Source: Phallusia mammillata (Eukaryota). From it: 64,000 nt of DNA. Shown piece after piece: positions 62,168 to 64,000 of this stretch (positions within the stretch are counted from its first letter, which is position 1; each line of letters starts with the position of its first letter). The position numbers were made by a program, and so were the translations under genes. The notes beneath the pieces were generated by a model. That model was not told the DNA's origin and ran no database searches. It was given only the letters and a program-made list of their open reading frames with translations. The stretch spans positions 12,586,001 through 12,650,000 of the forward strand of contig OZ281494.1 in NCBI GenBank assembly GCA_965637545.1. The letters run 5' to 3'.

Positions 62168-62750
62168 ATGAAGGCATCATTCGCAATCTTGGTTATGGCC
62201 CTCCTTTGTCTCACAACGATTCAAGCTCTACCTACTAGCGAGTGTATGAGGTAGGTTGGCGCTATTTTGCGATAAACTCTGAAAGAAACATGTTTAACCA
62301 GTTTATCACACCTTGTTTTTTGTTTTTCTTGTGGCTTTTTGTAAAACAAACTCAATGTTGTTTATTTTAGACGTTGCACTTTCATATACTGGCCTGTATG
62401 TGGAAGTGACGGGGTCACATACTCAAATGACTGCGTTTTCGAAGTTGCAAACTGCCAAGCGTGAGTGTAAAACTTTTTATCAAAACTGTTAATTTGTTTC
62501 AGATTGGGTCTTTTTAAACTGTTTTAAGTAGTTTTGTATTTGTGATAAATTTGGGATGTGGATCCACAATAAACTTTCAGACGTCGCTGAGGACGAATGC
62601 TAAATATGCATTTCAAATAATAGCCTATTATCGGATCAAATTATTTTTTTGCAAAATGCATTTAGTCATGACTTCTACATTAACGGCGCTTATTTTAAAA
62701 TATTTTACAGAGATGGCCTTCTTACAATGACTGATGGGCCGTGTCCATGA
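62168..62750 (+). CDS. Secreted single-domain Kazal-type serine protease inhibitor (P1 Phe), 70 aa
   Basis: Exons 62168-62250, 62371-62460, 62711-62750 give MKASFAILVMALLCLTTIQA-LPTSECMRRCTFIYWPVCGSDGVTYSNDCVFEVANCQADGLLTMTDGPCP. Confidence 0.95.
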
Positions 62751-63122
62751 ACAAACTCAGCATTCTTTCCAGATCTTTTACACAAGTTGTAACATTAATT
62801 GTCGTTAATTGTTGATGTTTTGTTGTCAATAAACTGAACTAATAGAAGTAATGTTATTCCTGTACACTAATTTAGAATTTTATCACATTAAACCTAACAT
62901 GCGGAGCATTTGTTGCGAGATTTTTAGTTTGTGTGGAACGTAAAATGTCAGTTCGAGTACAAAATAAAAAAAAGGAATTCTCCAAAATATAACGAGTAAC
63001 TTGTGTTGAAAAGCACCTTTAAATCATGTTTAATAAAATATCTTGCGGATTCTAAATTTTCAGTCGTCAAATGTATCATAATTTTGTGGTTGATAAGCCA
63101 TGGTGAATTAAACCGAGCAAAT

Positions 63123-63300
63123 GTCGCGGCCGGGTGGTTAATTCAACCGCCTTTTGTTCACAAGGTTGTGGGTTCTAATCTTACACCAGTCGCTTGTGTT
63201 TTCCTAAGCAGGACACAGGAGCGGCATAACTCCGACTCAGTAGTTCTTGATAGGGTGAACTAAATAGAAGTCACCAACTGACTAAGTCAAAGTAAAAAAA
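63123..63300 (+). mobile_element. tRNA-derived SINE-like element
   Basis: A-box-like GGCCGGGTGG, B-box-like GGTTCTAATC, body GTCGCTTGTGTTTTCCTAAGCAGGACAC, short A tail. Confidence 0.65.
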
Positions 63301-63646
63301 TGATTCAACAAAATTGTAAAAAATAGGCAGCTCGGTGGCGGACTCATTTTGAGCATAACGCATTAAGGCGTTGCCTGCCCACCCAACATAAAAATCACAT
63401 AGTCTCTAATTACTTCATTTTTAATAGGCCTATACTTAGTTCAGTATGGCATAGCCTACTGCTCTTTTATTTGATGTCAAAAGGGGACACCGAAATTATC
63501 AAGTACAAAGAAAAATTGTTAAAGCGAAAAACTTATTGTGACTACCCTTGCACTTTTGCTGAAATTGTGCTTAGGGGCTGTGGCTAGCTAGATCAAACTA
63601 CCCTTTGATGACGTTAACGATAAAAATAGTTTAGAGAAGTATAAAT

Positions 63647-64000
63647 TGGTGATGCACCGAACCCGCCTAAAAAGGTTCGGGCCGAAACCGAATATTCGGC
63701 CACGAGGCCGAATAATTTCGGCCGAACCAGGCCAAACCTAAAATCTCTGTTCTTATGGATGTTTTCAACTGAACCTTGTGTCGTTGATTCGAAATTCGAG
63801 TGAAGTGAATTATGACAAATCAAAAACACTTTCACCATTTGGAAGCTTTCTAAACTTGTAATATTTTGTAGACAACGTGGTTTGTATTTTATAGATACAA
63901 CAACTAGGTAATTTATGGTTTCGTATTGGTGAAAATGATAGTTCAGGCAATAATTCCATGCGCTTAAAAAGTTCGGTTTCGGCCGAATTTTCAAAAAAGT
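63647..64000 (+). mobile_element. hAT-type MITE (T(A/G)GTGATGCACCGAA), truncated by window end
   Basis: Colinear with and highly similar to 50384-50812. Confidence 0.92.

Noticed and set aside
63123-63200. Possible tRNA gene
   Set aside because: Boxes are present but I could not fold a cloverleaf; it continues into a SINE-like body and A tail.

Overview
Eukaryotic (animal) nuclear DNA: AT-rich, compact genes, short GT-AG introns. A tunicate/ascidian-like invertebrate is my inference; the species is not determined. All gene models were spliced by hand, and the supplied ORF track mostly shows exon fragments or repeat-derived noise. Recognisable genes: 5'-partial SLF1/ANKRD32-like ankyrin gene (+), TC2N/synaptotagmin-like C2 protein (-), RANBP1 (+), gamma-glutamyltranspeptidase (-), ELOVL4-like elongase (+), FKBP2 (-), mitochondrial IARS2 (+) and two paralogous single-domain Kazal inhibitors. 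There are also several orphan secreted-protein genes (FN3+LDLa, N-glycan-rich, Thr-rich). Intergenic DNA and introns hold about 20 non-autonomous hAT-type MITEs or MITE fragments from several families, many with perfect 8-bp TSDs, plus a tRNA-derived SINE and a Penelope-like GIY-YIG remnant. Best second-look items: (1) a minimal type I hammerhead-ribozyme motif inside a perfect 41-bp inverted repeat just upstream of ELOVL4; (2) an 8-bp TSD copy that captured a GGCCTA insertion, suggesting the over-abundant TAGGCCTA/TAGGCTA words are transposon footprints; (3) two tandem, lesioned paralogous coding units of an unknown family; (4) a possible cystine-knot cytokine-like ORF. No CRISPR, rRNA or bona fide tRNA gene was seen.
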